Positions 31,714 to 46,538 of a DNA stretch of 64,000 nucleotides are shown in pieces (positions within the stretch are counted from its first letter, which is position 1; each line of letters begins with the position of its first letter). The translations under genes and the position numbers were made by a program. The stretch is from Chrysomallon squamiferum (lineage: Eukaryota; Animalia; Mollusca). The notes beneath the pieces are model-generated. The model ran no database searches, was not told the origin of the DNA, and was given only the letters and a program-made list of their open reading frames with translations. The stretch is taken from NCBI GenBank assembly GCA_012295275.1, contig CM022665.1, forward strand, positions 38,130,001 through 38,194,000. The letters are read 5' to 3'.

Positions 31714-34700
31714 GTGTGTATTTTAATATCAAAGGAAGAGGAAATGTTATTTTGTGTTTGTTTATTTTTATATTCTGAATTCACAAAAATGGGTGTTTTG
31801 TATTTTTCATAATCTTATAATATAATCATTCGTAAAACTACTATAAATATATGTAAAATGGTAAGTAAATAACAATTTATAATCATTTTTAAAATTATGA
31901 GTACTTTATCATAATTATATTTGTTTCATAATTTATGTGGGGATAAATTCAAAAATTATAGGAACATACACTTTAATGTCTTATTTTATACCACTAACTC
32001 AATACATGTTATTGCATCACAAAATATTTAATGATATATATAATGACATATTGCACTAATGGGTTTTTAATAACACTTTTATTACACTGTCAAATGTGCT
32101 AAAATTTAGTTTGAAAAATTACATAAATTTCCCTTTGTATAACAGTTACTGATTAAGAAATTAAAACATTTAAGCTTAGGAAATGTTTACTGCTGCTGCT
32201 GCTGCTGCTGCTGCTACTACTACTAATAATTTTAAAAACTTAAAAAGCCCCAGAACATCTACATATTTTTGTATCAACTGTTGTGTCTCAACATATTTAT
32301 TTATTCATTAATAACACAAAAGAGAAAACCTTTAAGCCCTCCCATAAGATATTCTTACTGATTAACAGCAAGGGTTCTTTTACATATATAACCATCCCAT
32401 GGACAGGAAAACAAAGAGGTTAATGAGTCATGGGACATTAGCTGTAACAGACAATAGTCCCCAAGCGGCAGTGAAGAGAATTGATCCTGTGTCTCTTCCT
32501 ATCTCATATCTGTACTTGAACCACTGATCCATGGCCTCACCTGTAGTCAGGTGTAAATTTAAAAGGCCAGTATGTTAAACAGATGGATGAAATATGACAG
32601 CTTTTAGATATTTATCATGTTGTATACTAAAGCAACTAGTACATCGTTCAGGTGGTGTATGGGTTATGCAATAGTGATGGTAATATGCAGATAAACTGTA
32701 TGGTACGGCAACCCAGTTAAATATCACGTTTTTCTGGATGACTGTTGTGAAACATATCAATTTTGAGTTATTATAGTGAATTATAAATTACTGTGAAATA
32801 ATGAGAAATGTTGTCCAGTAAATAAATAATATTCATGTGTTAAAACATTTAAAATTTTGAACACCTCAACCAGGCAATTAATGTCAGATTATCAAACAAT
32901 TTCAATTTTTTATAAGGATTATACATTTTCAGTATTTCTTATTATCATGATTTTAAATTCAAAATGAAAACGAAAAAAAAAAAAAAAAAAAAAAAAAGGC
33001 AAATAAATAAAGGGGTTTAGAAAAAAAAAAAAGTAAACCCAATGTAATCTGTGTAAGTGAATATCTTGTAGTTATTTGACATACTCCATTTGACTTACCA
33101 CTGAAGTACATTTGGTTATTCTTGGCAGTTTACAAATCATAAGAAAGCTTTTCTTTGGGTAATTATATAGTTAAATTCTTTCAGATACTGCAAAATAGTC
33201 CAGCTTACCATGGTTATAATACTAATATGATAGTATTCTTTTATTTCAATTACTACTGCTACTACTACTGTTAATGCTGTTACTATTATTACCATTACTA
33301 TTGTTAATATTACAATTATAACGTTTTTACCATATGTTAAGTTTGTAGACTAACATATTAATCAAGATAAATTTAATGTTGACATATTACTGTTAGCTTA
33401 TTTCAGTATCTAAATACTAAATTAACTTACTGATCTGTATAGTATAATAACAATGACACATCTGTTTCCATTTTCAAATATTTGTAATTACAGTTATAGA
33501 TTTTAAGATAGCTTGTATACAGCACAATGCATTTAGATTTATTTATTTATTATTATTATTTGTTTTTATCTTGGTGAAAATGTCAGCATGTCTTGTTATT
33601 ATTTACCAGCCAACATCTTTAAACAGTTGCCTTTAGTTTTGCCTTTTGATGATGCTTGACAGCTATTTCGTTACAGTGTGGCTTTGTCAAAGAAGCAGGG
33701 AGAAATTTGTTTACACCCTTTCTAGGTTAACTCCTTTCCCCGATAACCAATTTTTCAAAATACCTTGTCACCTGGTTGACAGTTCCGTTAAAATTAGGTT
33801 CAGAAAGCTAACCCAGATGTGTATATGAGTAATTTGAAAATTTATTATTAATAATTCTGAGAAGAAAAAAAAAATGTATTTAATGAAATTTAATTATCAC
33901 TGCTGTCACTGCTGTTATTATTATTGCACACTACAAAATAATAATAAAATAAAATTTATATATCCACTCAGTTGTATGCTGATGATGAAAATCTATAGGC
34001 CACGGTGTTTAGGAGCTATTTGTAGATCATAAGATCAATTCTCCATCCACCATTTACAGTTAGTGTGTACTCTATGGTTTATGTTTACCTGCAGCTAATG
34101 GATTTGCTGTGTCCATCAGACCATGGTCTGGGTGATTTGTGTTCATGGCTAGTTTGAGATCTCTTGTTCTATTTTAACTTTACACTGGGCATGGGCCATT
34201 TACACTGACTGGTGGCTTGCTTGAATACTCTAGAGCAGTATGTTTCACGAGTAACTTGGTGTTTCAAATAACAATAATAATCTGAGATATTTATATACAT
34301 TTAGGTTTACTTCTCCTTATCAATCTTTTTCTGCCCTCATCTCCATTTTAATTTTTTTTGAGTTTCTTTCTGTCTGTCTACTGCACCTCACTACAGAGGA
34401 TTCAAACATTTCTTTAAGCCTGAATTATATTTCTTATTTTTCATTCTTTCTTTTCAATGACTAATACAACACAAAACAAATAAGTACATATTATTTTCTA
34501 GATTTGTATCATTTCATTCCTTAGATTGTTAGCACATGACTGTTTTAAAAAAAAAAATGTAGAATTAACAAAGATATGCTTTACGTTTTGTCAAGGTTTG
34601 GTATGGTATCCTTGTTTTATTAAACAAAAATAGTGACTTGTGTAAATTCAACATTTTTGTGCATATACAATAGTTGTTAGCTGAGCTTGTTTGAAATGTA

Positions 34701-37700
34701 CTCCTTTATGGTATATTGATTACAACATTCAGTATATGTTTTAAAAAAAAAAAAATAATAATAATTTTCTTTAAGATGTTTATTATGAAAGCATGTATAA
34801 GTGTCTGTTCATGTAAATGTGTGCATGTATATGTGTGTCATCTGTAAATAATGAAATATTTCTGTTTAATTTTTCAGTGGTTGTGACAGTTGACAGTCAT
34901 CCTGTTCGGTTAAACTTGTGTGATACTGCAGGCCAGGTAAGAATATTTACCTCTATATTTTATACACACACACACACACATATACATATACATATACATA
35001 CATATATGTATACCTATTTATATGTATGATATATGTATTTTATACCTTCATTTGTTTTTGTGCACTTGAATGTACAGATATATAAAACATGTACTTGTTG
35101 ATATGTCAGCATTTACATTTGTTTGTAAAATAATACAATGTTGGCTTATTTTATATTTTCTTTTCAACTTTCTTAATGAAACTGATAATAAAATGTAGAA
35201 TGTGAACTTTCAAAGTCAAAGATGAAATATTAGTTTTAAAAATGAACAGGAAATGATTGAAAGAAATGAAATATGTAATTTTGAACAAAAATAAATGCAG
35301 TATAAAAGGATAGATTTTATTTTATCTTTTCTTTCCTTTTTAACTTTTTATGCTTTTTTTTTTCTTCTTAATTCTTTAGCTTAAAACCCCACAAAATAAT
35401 AAATCATTACTGTATTAAGTGTTCTGGGTTCATCTGTGTAAATTCAGAACTTACAAGGTAATCCAGTTATCAGAAAAGAATATCCTATTCCCAGCAAAGT
35501 AATGTTGTTATCAGATAAGTGTTAGAATTAATGCCTGGGTTCCTGGTTTATAACTGGAGAGAGCCAGAACATCAAATGATAAGAAAGTTTATTAGCCATT
35601 AAAACAAATGTTAACAATGAAATGAAGGATGTGTAATGCTTTTGTTTGGGCTTTGAAGATAAGATTTTTATTTTTTTTTTATTTTTATTTTATTATTCTC
35701 ATTTATTCTTTTTTATTTCATTTCATTTTATTTTTATTTTTTATTTTGTGCATGAGTACTTGTGTTGTAATTTTTGATACTGCTAAGTTATAATGTAATT
35801 TTAATTACTAAAACATCACTTACACACAAATACGCACGCACGCACACACACACATGGAATGGAAGGAGAGAATATGCATGTATATATTATCCTAGTTTAT
35901 GGTGCCACAAATCAGTTTCTCTGAAGTCCTAGATGGTTTTCCTAATCATAGACTGGTTCCTGCAATCATAGATGAAAACAAAGTATGTTTACTTTGGCTT
36001 CTGTCATTCTTGTTTTTACAACCAGTAGCTCTGTTCAGAGAATGGCCACTGAGGCTGTTTTAGTAGATCTTGTTGTTGACAGAAAGTATGTATAGGAGTT
36101 TGTGAACTCCAGTGATTGACAACCGGTGGCCTCAGTAGTAGACTGGTTCTAATCAACAACTAATTACTCCCAATATATTAAGTATTTGGGTCTCTTTCCA
36201 CTGTTGTTGTTTTTGTTGAGGTGTTTTTGATAATGAAACTGTAGGTGATGTTACTGTTGGTTTTCTGTTTTTGGGGTTTTTTTTATTTATTTATTTATTT
36301 TTTATGGGGATTCCTATCTGTGTACTTGAAGCTTATTTTTTGCAATTATTTATCTGTTAAATTTTTTTCTTGTTTTTAAAGTTTTTTGTTGTTGTTTTTA
36401 AGCTAAGCAGTAATATTGGCAGATAAGATGGTGCCAGTACTTTTATCTCAATTACACTTTGTATATTAAGAAATAATTTGAAAGTTCAAAATACAAATAG
36501 TTTTCAAATGAACTTTTATGAAATAGCAAATAGTTACTTTCAGATGATCTTTAAAACTATATAATCTTTAAAACTCTATATATATCTATATTTAATCTTT
36601 TCGCAAAGATAATAAATATAGTTTTTATTTTATTTTTTACCAGTCTAAACAGCTTTTAAAGCAACAATATGTCATCATAAAATGTCCTAGAGAAGAATGG
36701 AACTGTTTCATATATGTTACAAATCTCATCTTTGACTGTGAATAAAATAAAATAGTTAATGTGGTTTTTTTAAACTGTATATGTGGGTGGTTTATGTTTG
36801 AAGTTTCTAAATGTTCCTTCGTAATCCCCAAGTCAGTTGTTGGAAATAAATATTTAAAAATAACAACTTCCTGAATCATATTTATTCATCAACAACACAG
36901 CACCAGTCCTGTTTATAACCAGCTGACACTGTCGTAATGAAAAAAATATATATTAAAAAAATAAATAAATAAAAAAAAAATTAAAAAGAAGAAAAATTGT
37001 TGCTTTTACATAATAAATTTATTTATTTAATGCCACAACATAGTTTGGTTTGTGTGTGTCATGATGGGACAACAGACCAAGTCACAAAAGGAGATTTTAA
37101 TCTTACTCTGTATTTTATTTTTTTAAAAGGAATGACCATAAAAGCCACTAAATCTGTGTTTTAATATAAACAACATTCAACTCAGACATAATGAATTAGC
37201 TATTTAAGAATTTCACATAACTGAATAAAAATACACATTAAACAAAACTGAGTTATCTGCCCATCATATTAGATGGTTATGTAGTATTAATTTTATGCCT
37301 TCTCAATTATCTATAGCGAGCATACAGTACAGAATGTGAATTCAATATCTACAACTTTAGTGGTGCCTCAAAGACTGATTATTTTAGTGTTTGCTTCTGT
37401 TACTGACAGAAACTGAATTTGTTTTATTGATATAACTATTATAAAAGCCACAAACAAAAACTTTGATTCATGATTAATGAAAAAAAAAAATATCTTTATC
37501 TTCAGTTTAACTATTATGAAAATACTGGTTTCAAACAGAAATGCTGATAAATATGGATTAATTGATTTAGTAAAAGAAACAACCAGTAATGAAACAAAAT
37601 CTTCTGCTTCTGCATTAATAATTAGTGCAACTGAGATATCATTATTTCAAACTCATTAGTTGTGGAAAGAACCAACATCAGAGATATTGACTGTATTAAT

Positions 37701-39253
37701 TAATTTGTAAAATAAAACCTTTTAATAATTAAAGAATAGCTTGGTTAACAAAACTCTATACTTTTGATTAACCAGTTAGATAGGGAAATAATTGAGTGTA
37801 GAATTATTTATCATAGAAACAGATTGATCCAGAATGCATTATTTACTTTAACAAGTTTTACAGTCACTAGTTAAAATCATTAATAATGATTGTTGATTAA
37901 TAAAATTTTAAAATGAAAGTTATACTAAATTTGTATTACAGGAGGATTTAAGAGGGAAAAAAAAAAAAAAAAAAAATAGACTGTACCCAAAGCACATGAA
38001 CACATTTTTTAATTAAGATAGTTGCATTTATAGTTTTTAATAAATACAACTGAAATTTTTTAAATTATTGACCGATAAATTTATGGCACAGGCGAATTTA
38101 GATTAAAAGAAAATTAAATTAAAAAAAAAAACAGCCAAAAAAAAACACAAACCAAATCAACCTGGTACCCTGAGTGTATTAACATACATACACACACACA
38201 CATACGTAGATCTTCATTCACAAAACTCTTATCTTTCATTCATTTTACTGGTCGAATTGCCACGGTAAGGAAACACACAGAGGAACTCTTGTTTTCTTTG
38301 TTAAAGCTTATTGAAGCATAAGCAAACTCAACGTGTATCGGGTGCATAAAACAGGTTTATGTTGCTTTACCTCACAGTCTCTCCAACACAGGTTTTCTTG
38401 TATATGTTTACGTTTAAAGTGGGGAGGGAGATAGTTTACCAAAACACCTACGTCAATAAGCGTTGTTATTACATAGGACAGTGTAGGAGGGTAAGAACAG
38501 AACAGAAGAATGTCCTGCTACATAAAACTTTTCCTTTTTGTTTTTCTTTTCTTTTTTTCTTTTTTTTAAATACAATAAGAGTACTGAAGAAATTTCTAGA
38601 ATAATTGGACACTGAGAAATAAACATTTTTTTTCTTCATCTTCTTTTTCTGGAAACTATAGACTAAAATATGACAATATTCCATTGTTATTGTAGACATG
38701 TTTGTGATTGAAGTGTATTTTCATTACTGTAGTTTTATTTTTTTATTATTCTGAGTATTTGTAACAATTTAAAAATCTGTATATATGCATGTGTTTATGC
38801 AATATTCAGGAAAGCTTTGTCATTGTAAGTTTGTATGTCTGTATCTCCTTGTGTGTTTGTGTGTTAATCTACTTAGTATGTATTTATTTGTTTCAAACAG
38901 ATACATCTTCAAGAGCCTCACAACCTAATCTTCGAGTTACATTTTTGTGGTGAGAAAAACATGTATATGTTTAATGTTATGTAAATGTCTTAATGACATG
39001 TAGAATCTATTTTTGTGACCAGGATTACAACATACATCATTACACTGTTTACGTGTTAGGCTGTCTGCTTCTGGCTGTTGTGTGTGTTTGTAGAGGGGAG
39101 GGCAACACCTGGGTTGCTTTAGTTTTAAGTTGTGTATTTGTACCCTGTGTTATTTAGGTACCACCTGAACATGGGACTCTGTTGACACAGTAATTCTTAA
39201 CAAGTAATTAATTTTTTTTTTTTTTTTTTTGACAAGATGAAATTAGAGAAAGA

Positions 39254-39287
<34 letters not shown>

Positions 39288-42200
39288 TTCAAAAAGCCCA
39301 AATATTGTTAATTAAGGAAATTAAAAAAAAATAATTTAAGTTAAAAATGTCCTAAAACTAAACTCCTATCAGAAAAAAAAAAAAAAAAATGAAATAATAA
39401 TAAATAATAATAATAATAAAAAAAAAAAATTAATAACAATAATAATTAATTAATAGTGGTACTAAAAATTACTAAATAATTTCTACTGCTAACCTTGGTC
39501 TTTACAAGTCTAATGGTATAAGGTGGAGGGTTAAATTCGTATGGTATCATTAAAACCAATTATATCACTGACTGACTCCTCCCTGTTTTAAGAGCTCCTT
39601 GATGGACTGTTACCTGTCTGTGAAGAATGGGGTTACACTAATAACAGCTGTGTTACTTCATCGAGTTTTATTCTGGAATGTGATTCTGAAGGTTTCTGAA
39701 AGCACGACACTTTAAAAAAAATTGCATAGGACGGGCGTGCCTGACTTGTAAATGTGATAAAAGCCAAATGATAAGAGCTGTGACATACTATACAATGTGT
39801 AATATATGAATAGTTGTGTACATATTAGCTTATTTCAAGTATGTTGTTCTCTGAATATTGTTAAGTGGTGGTGTTAAAATATATCTAGTCCTTGTCCAGC
39901 TTTATTAAACAGCAGTTTAAGACCAAAATAAAAAAAATGGCGAAATAGCAGTAAATGTTACGTATAAAGGTTATTGTAGTGATCAAATGTCAATGATAGT
40001 TATTTGACTGTCAGTAATTTTAGTTTCAGTTTTGTTGAAATTTATTATGGGTTATATTTTTAAGCATTGTTGTTACCAATATATTTATTATTACTGCTGC
40101 TACTATCACTATTACTACTATTGTGTATAAAAATTAGTCTCACTTCAGTTAATGATGAATGAGTTGGAATGGGAAAATACTGAATACACCGAGGGAGGGC
40201 CTTCTCATGCTGTTTTTTATACCCCACACAGTCAAACAGGAGACATTTTCAGCCCGCTAATAATCTGACCTTTTCAAATTAACATGTCATATCAACAGAT
40301 CTATCTGTCATGTGGTCTGTTACTTACTCACACAAACAGATAGACAGACACACGAAGCTACTTTTGTACTGTGTTTATTTTCCTCCTGGGTTTGATCCAC
40401 CGACCTACACTGGATGTGGGTATATATTTTTTTAACAGATTGTTAAGGCTTCTTAAGTTTCTCGTGCTTGAAAGAAATAAAGCTTTTGCATTTGATCCAA
40501 ATATCATGACACGAGGGCTTGCAGTGGGTAAGTTATGTAAGTAAACACCAAAATAGCTATTGTCACTAGTTTGTTTTTGTTACTGGAGATTAAAGTTTAT
40601 CTGAAAATTATTTAGCTGCATACAGGATAGCCCCCAACAAAGATGTCTGATAAATCTATTGTTGCTCGTATTCATTTATACATAAAAATATTATTATTAT
40701 TATTACTATTATTATTATTTTTTTATATAATACATGTTTAATATATTATAATTAATTACTGAATGTCATTAGCTGCAGAATTTGTGACATAATCTTAAGA
40801 AAAATCCTTTCAATGTTTACTTTAGCAATAAGGGATCTTTTTATGTGTCTTCCCAGAGAAAGGAAAATATAAACCAAGATTTTTGATAAACTTTTGTTGT
40901 GTTTTTACTGGAAATGTGTGTATAATTACACAGTAATGCATCTGTATCATAAATATGTGTGTGTTTAAATACATTAACAAAATTTTATTAATAAATTAAT
41001 ATGTCTATAACTATTTACATTTTGTAATACTTTATTGAAATTTTACAGTTCTGTGATAGCATAATACCTTGTAAAATGATGCCCCACTGAAAAATTGGTT
41101 ATTCTGATCAGATACAACTGAGTATTGTTGGTTGTGACCAAAAGAAAAAAACCTTTGTAATAAATTCCTACAAGGCCACTATGTTTGCTAAGTTATTCAT
41201 TGAGTGGATTTCAACTTGAGTTTGATTAAACAACATCGGTCAAGAGTCTTTTTAACAGTCTCAGTTTCTACAAGTATCACTAATTTCTCTCAACATCTAC
41301 TTGGTCTGTGGGTCACATATAACCAAACGTGGTGGTTTCGAATATGGTATTGGTCTTTAATATTTATTTATTTATTTATTTTACTTATTAATATTATTAT
41401 TGTTGTTGTTTTAAATGCATTATTTTTTATACTTTTTTAAATTTTCAGATCTATTAAATATTTATATATTTTATTAATACTTTTCTCTTTTTCTTTCTTT
41501 TTTTTTTTTTTTTTTGTCTTTGTACTGTCACAGACACATATACATATGCATAGTTATTATTTCATATCTCTTTTTTTTGGCTTTGTTCGGGTTATTTTTG
41601 TATGCTTTTGTACTGCAGATTTTTTTTTTTAAATTCTCTTTTCCTTTAAGACACTGATTACATCTAACTGGAATTTAAAAAACAAAACAAAAACAAAAAA
41701 CCCCACAAAATTGAAGGATACTCTATCCGTCTTCATATGCCCTTCTGGTCTTTAATTGAAATGAACACTCCACACAATGATTAAGCAAATCTAGATAACA
41801 GAAATGCTTTCAGTTAATTATTATTAAACAAATACGAGATGGGTAATGGCATCCGGTGCTGAGCAAGCTCTATATCAAAGGCTTACAGTACGTGTAACCT
41901 TACTGCCAAATAGATGACTCACAAAATAGTTATCTGCACCTCACTCAACTGATCCCCAGTTGTCTGTGTACACCAGTCTTGTTTACCAGATACTGTTTCC
42001 CCTGTGCATTTGTTTCAGGTAACCGATACATTGATGGATGTTGATCAGACACAATTCAACAAGATTGTTATTAGCAGTTTTATCATTTGTCTTGCATTTG
42101 TTGGACAGACTTTGATCAAATTCAATTATTTTTTTTTTTTTTTTTTTTTTTACAGACAAATGTAATAAATTCATTTAAACTTGAATGTTAGTGTAGAAAA

Positions 42201-44676
42201 CTTACTTTTTTTATTTTCTTTATAATTAATCGAATTAAAATAGAATTAAAAGTGAGCAATTTTTTTTCCTTTGTATCTTGTATAGTTAATTATACATACA
42301 GAAAATAACAGAAAAATAATGCTGATTTTTAAATTGTTTTAATTTTATATGTTTTGTACATATGTATGTATGTATTTGTTCATGTGTGTGTCTGTGTGTA
42401 CATGTTATGATATATAATTTTAAAAATCATAGGGGAAAATATTTAACCACCATTACTTAGAATTACATATTTATCTCACATTTCCTCTTCATTAAAAAGT
42501 TAACACTACGTGTGTATGTGTGTGCTTCCAGTGTGGTCTCACACCACAGTTTTCAATAGCGCTCTGTTTTGTTTAAACTGTGACATCACATTTATTTATT
42601 TTCTACAGCCTGGGCTCCCACACAGTTCTGTAGAGCATAAATCAATAACGTAACAACAGTTACATACATCTGATAACGTCATAATTGTGTGTATAACAAT
42701 CTTGTTGAAACTGAGCCAACAGACGGTCAGAATGATAGTATTTTCTAGACAGCTAACCATTGGGAGAAGAAAAATATTCATTAGATAATTAGAATCAGTT
42801 GTAAAATAATAAAACTTTGTATTTTCCTGAATTTTTTGTGCTTTTATATATATATTTTTTTTTTTTCAGTTTATTAATATTGACCATTAAAAACAATAAG
42901 GAAAACAAACAAAATTAATAATGTATTTTTCTAAGCCAAGATCATGGAAAGAAAAGTGTTCTATCAGGCAGATACTCACCCATCCCAAAACCACAAATGT
43001 CTTTTGAGAGCAGATCATGAAATACTTATTTACATTGATCAAATGTCAGGCAATTCACAAAATAATAGTATTTCCTTACCTCAGGTAATAAAAGACATAT
43101 TCATTACACACTTAATATTAGTTAAACCCAAAGAACACTGTTGTATTTTCTGGACAGCAGATATGAAATAAATACTTACATCAACCAATCCCAAAATCAC
43201 AAAGTAATTGTATTTCCCTGACAACCAATCAAGGAAGCAATTGTTTACGTTTAACCAACACCCTAAGCCAAAAAATTAATTGTATCTTCCTAACAATCAG
43301 TCATGACAGATCAAGTCTTTTTTTTTTTTTTTTTCCTTCATTTCTCTCCCTCTTCTCCATACCTGGTGACTATGAATGGATAGCAGTGTCAAATATCAGT
43401 TTAGTGAATGACTGGGAACACACTGTCAAGCCACAGATAATGTTGGTTGACCACATGTGTACAAACAAAATTTGAAATTGGAAACCATGCACCTAGGTGA
43501 CATCATGCAAAATCATAAAATGGTGGACTTCAGGTCATTGAGTTCATATTCCAAGTGTTTTGCTTAGTCTTCATCTTAAATTAATAAATGAGTTTTTGAT
43601 TTATTAAGAATTTTAAAAATAAAACAAAAACAGCACTACCCCTTTAAGCTATTTTTATCATAATGTCTGAAGGAAAAACCTACAAGGGTCATAAATGAAT
43701 AAATTATTATTATTATTATTTTTTTTTTTTTTTTTTTTTTTAATAAATAAACAAAACTTGAAGGCAGTGTTGTGCAAGTTTTTTTCATTTTTATACAGCC
43801 TGGTTTAAAGCATATCTTTCTTGGGTACATAATAAAAATAAATGTTAGTTAAGGATGTTAGTAGAACAGTGAGAAGGGTTTAACTCTTGTTTATTTACTG
43901 TGCCTGAATCCCCAAGTTTGTAGAATTGTTTGAATCCAAAACTTGCAGTGTTGTGACTTGATGCTAGCCTATCTGGTACAAGGACAGGAACCCAGGACCT
44001 ACCACTTCATGATTTAATATTTAACAGAAACCAGTAAAAAAAAAAAAAAAAAAAAAATTGTTTTCTTGTGCCTCTTTTAAAAAGTGACACTTATCAAGAC
44101 TGATGACCTTGACCGTTTACATTATGAAACAAGAGGCACATTGCTAGATGAACTGTAAACACATTATGGAAAACTTCGTGTGTGTTTTGTTGTTTTCCCC
44201 ATGTCTTTGAAGTACACTATGGCTTAGTTGTTGGGCTACAATGATGCTGTCACAGGGAATGATTCCCCAGTTGGAGGTTGCTTTTATCTCTCAGAATGCA
44301 TGTTGTGTTAACGACATCCTTAGATATGTTGTGTTTTTTTCTTAACCTTAGCTTTGGTTTGGGGTTTATTTGTTGTTGTTTTTTTTTTTTCTTCTTTTTT
44401 TTTGCTTCATTAGAAAGATTCCTTAGAAAACTTGTTTACTGTGTTCTTAGAAGTTGGATATAATTTTAGAATTACTTTTGACCTTTTATATTTAATTTAG
44501 TTTATTTTGTTTATTTTGTTTATACGTTATATTTATTGTTCCATAGAAAAGTTGTTGTCTGTGTTCATAGAAGATGGATACATATTTAAGAATTTCCCTT
44601 TTTCTTTCCCCGTTTTATTTTTAAACAAAATTTAAAAAAAAAAAGTTTTTGTTTAACATGTACTGTAGAGAGAGAG

Positions 44677-44742
<66 letters not shown>

Positions 44743-46503
44743 CGCGCAAGTGCGCTCTGTACATAGTAGTGTTGTGTAAAAAAAATACTTCTGCTTTTCA
44801 CTTTCAAAGAAGGCTGTTAAGATATGTTTATTTTTGGAAATGCATGACTAAAGTTTGTCTGAGCATGAATGTGTGTGTGTGTTCATTCATATGTTGAATT
44901 GATACATCTTTATTTTTTATTACCCATTTTGTAATATAACACAATCATTATTTATGATGATTAAATGAGAAATAATATACATTTTCTGAGTTCATGTAAT
45001 TCCATCTACCATATATATGTATTGATTAACAATTAGCATCTATAATTGAAACTGTGAAATGAACTTTTCACTTTTTTTCTTGCTATTAAAAATAAAATAA
45101 ATTTTGTCTAATGGAAAACATGTATACCTTTCTAATATTAACTAACAAAAGAAAGAGAAACAAAATGGTGGATTTACACATGTGTATTAGAAAAAGACAT
45201 CACATGAAAAAATGTAACATCTATACTTTATCCAGCATCTTGACAATAAAATGTACATTTTCAGATGAATGAACTAGCATTACTGTGCAACATCAAAGAC
45301 ATTTTTATGATGGTTTTCATATTTCAAAGAAAGCTATTAGCTTTTCTGTTAGATGCTAACACATTGTTTCCTCGCATGCTCTTCTATGTCTGTCTGTTCT
45401 TCAATTTGTTTGGTATTTTAGTGTCTGCAATGTTTAACTGTTGATGTTGTGGTGGGATTCTTACGATTTTTGTAAATAATATTAATTCATGTTGTTATTA
45501 TGGAAGTGTTTTGGAGAATTACTTTGGTCGTTACTGTGATATGTTGGCATTCTTGTTCTTGTGTATTTATTTATTAGTGATACTCCTTTTTATTTTATTT
45601 TTGCTTTTTCTCTAAGTTGATGGTGATTGTTTTTATCATTGTTCTTATAGTTAATAATTTTATTACTAATACACTCATCATCATCACATTATTTTTGTAG
45701 TTATTATTTTTATTGTTTTCATCGTTATTACTTGGTAATGTACAGTAATGCATGTAGAAATCTGTAACAGCAGGGAACGACTGGTGACATATTTATTATT
45801 TATAATACTGATAAGCTTTAACAGCAGCTGCTGTGAGGTAATGACACTTTTATTATTATCTGCAGTTCAAACAGCACATGACCTAAAGAGAAATGATGGC
45901 CCTTACTTGTATTATTACATAATCAGTTGATTTAACAACAGCTGGGCTCTGAACAGTTTTTAATGCGCTTGTAATACTGTCATTACTAATATGTAAAGTT
46001 CTGCTGTCAAAGCTGTAATATTCTAAATTAATTAATATTTAATGATATACTTGAACGTATTTTGTTACTGACAATGATTAAATGTCAAAAACATGTGTTC
46101 AGGTAATGATATAAAAAAAGCAAAACAGCGTATTGTCCTTTTTAAGGGTTACTCTTACAAATTTGAAACAAACAAAAATTCTTCATAAATATCTTCCCAT
46201 GAACAGGAAAACACATACTAAAGCATTTGATAATTCAGTTGTATGGCTGTCAAGAATGTATGTACAACAACTTTTTTTCCCATACTGGTTGGAATGGGAG
46301 ATAACTAAAAGGGACAGTGTACTAATGAATATAATGTTGTCATTATTGCTTTACAATGTTTTGCTGCTGTGTCTGTGCTCTGGGAGACTGAACTGTGAGT
46401 AGCTGAGTTTAACAGAGATGAATGGAAAGTAGAAGTGACAGTGTCAAGTGAAAAGGTTATGTTAAATGGCAACAGTAATTTGTTTAATGATATAAAATAT
46501 CCT

Positions 46504-46538
<35 letters not shown>

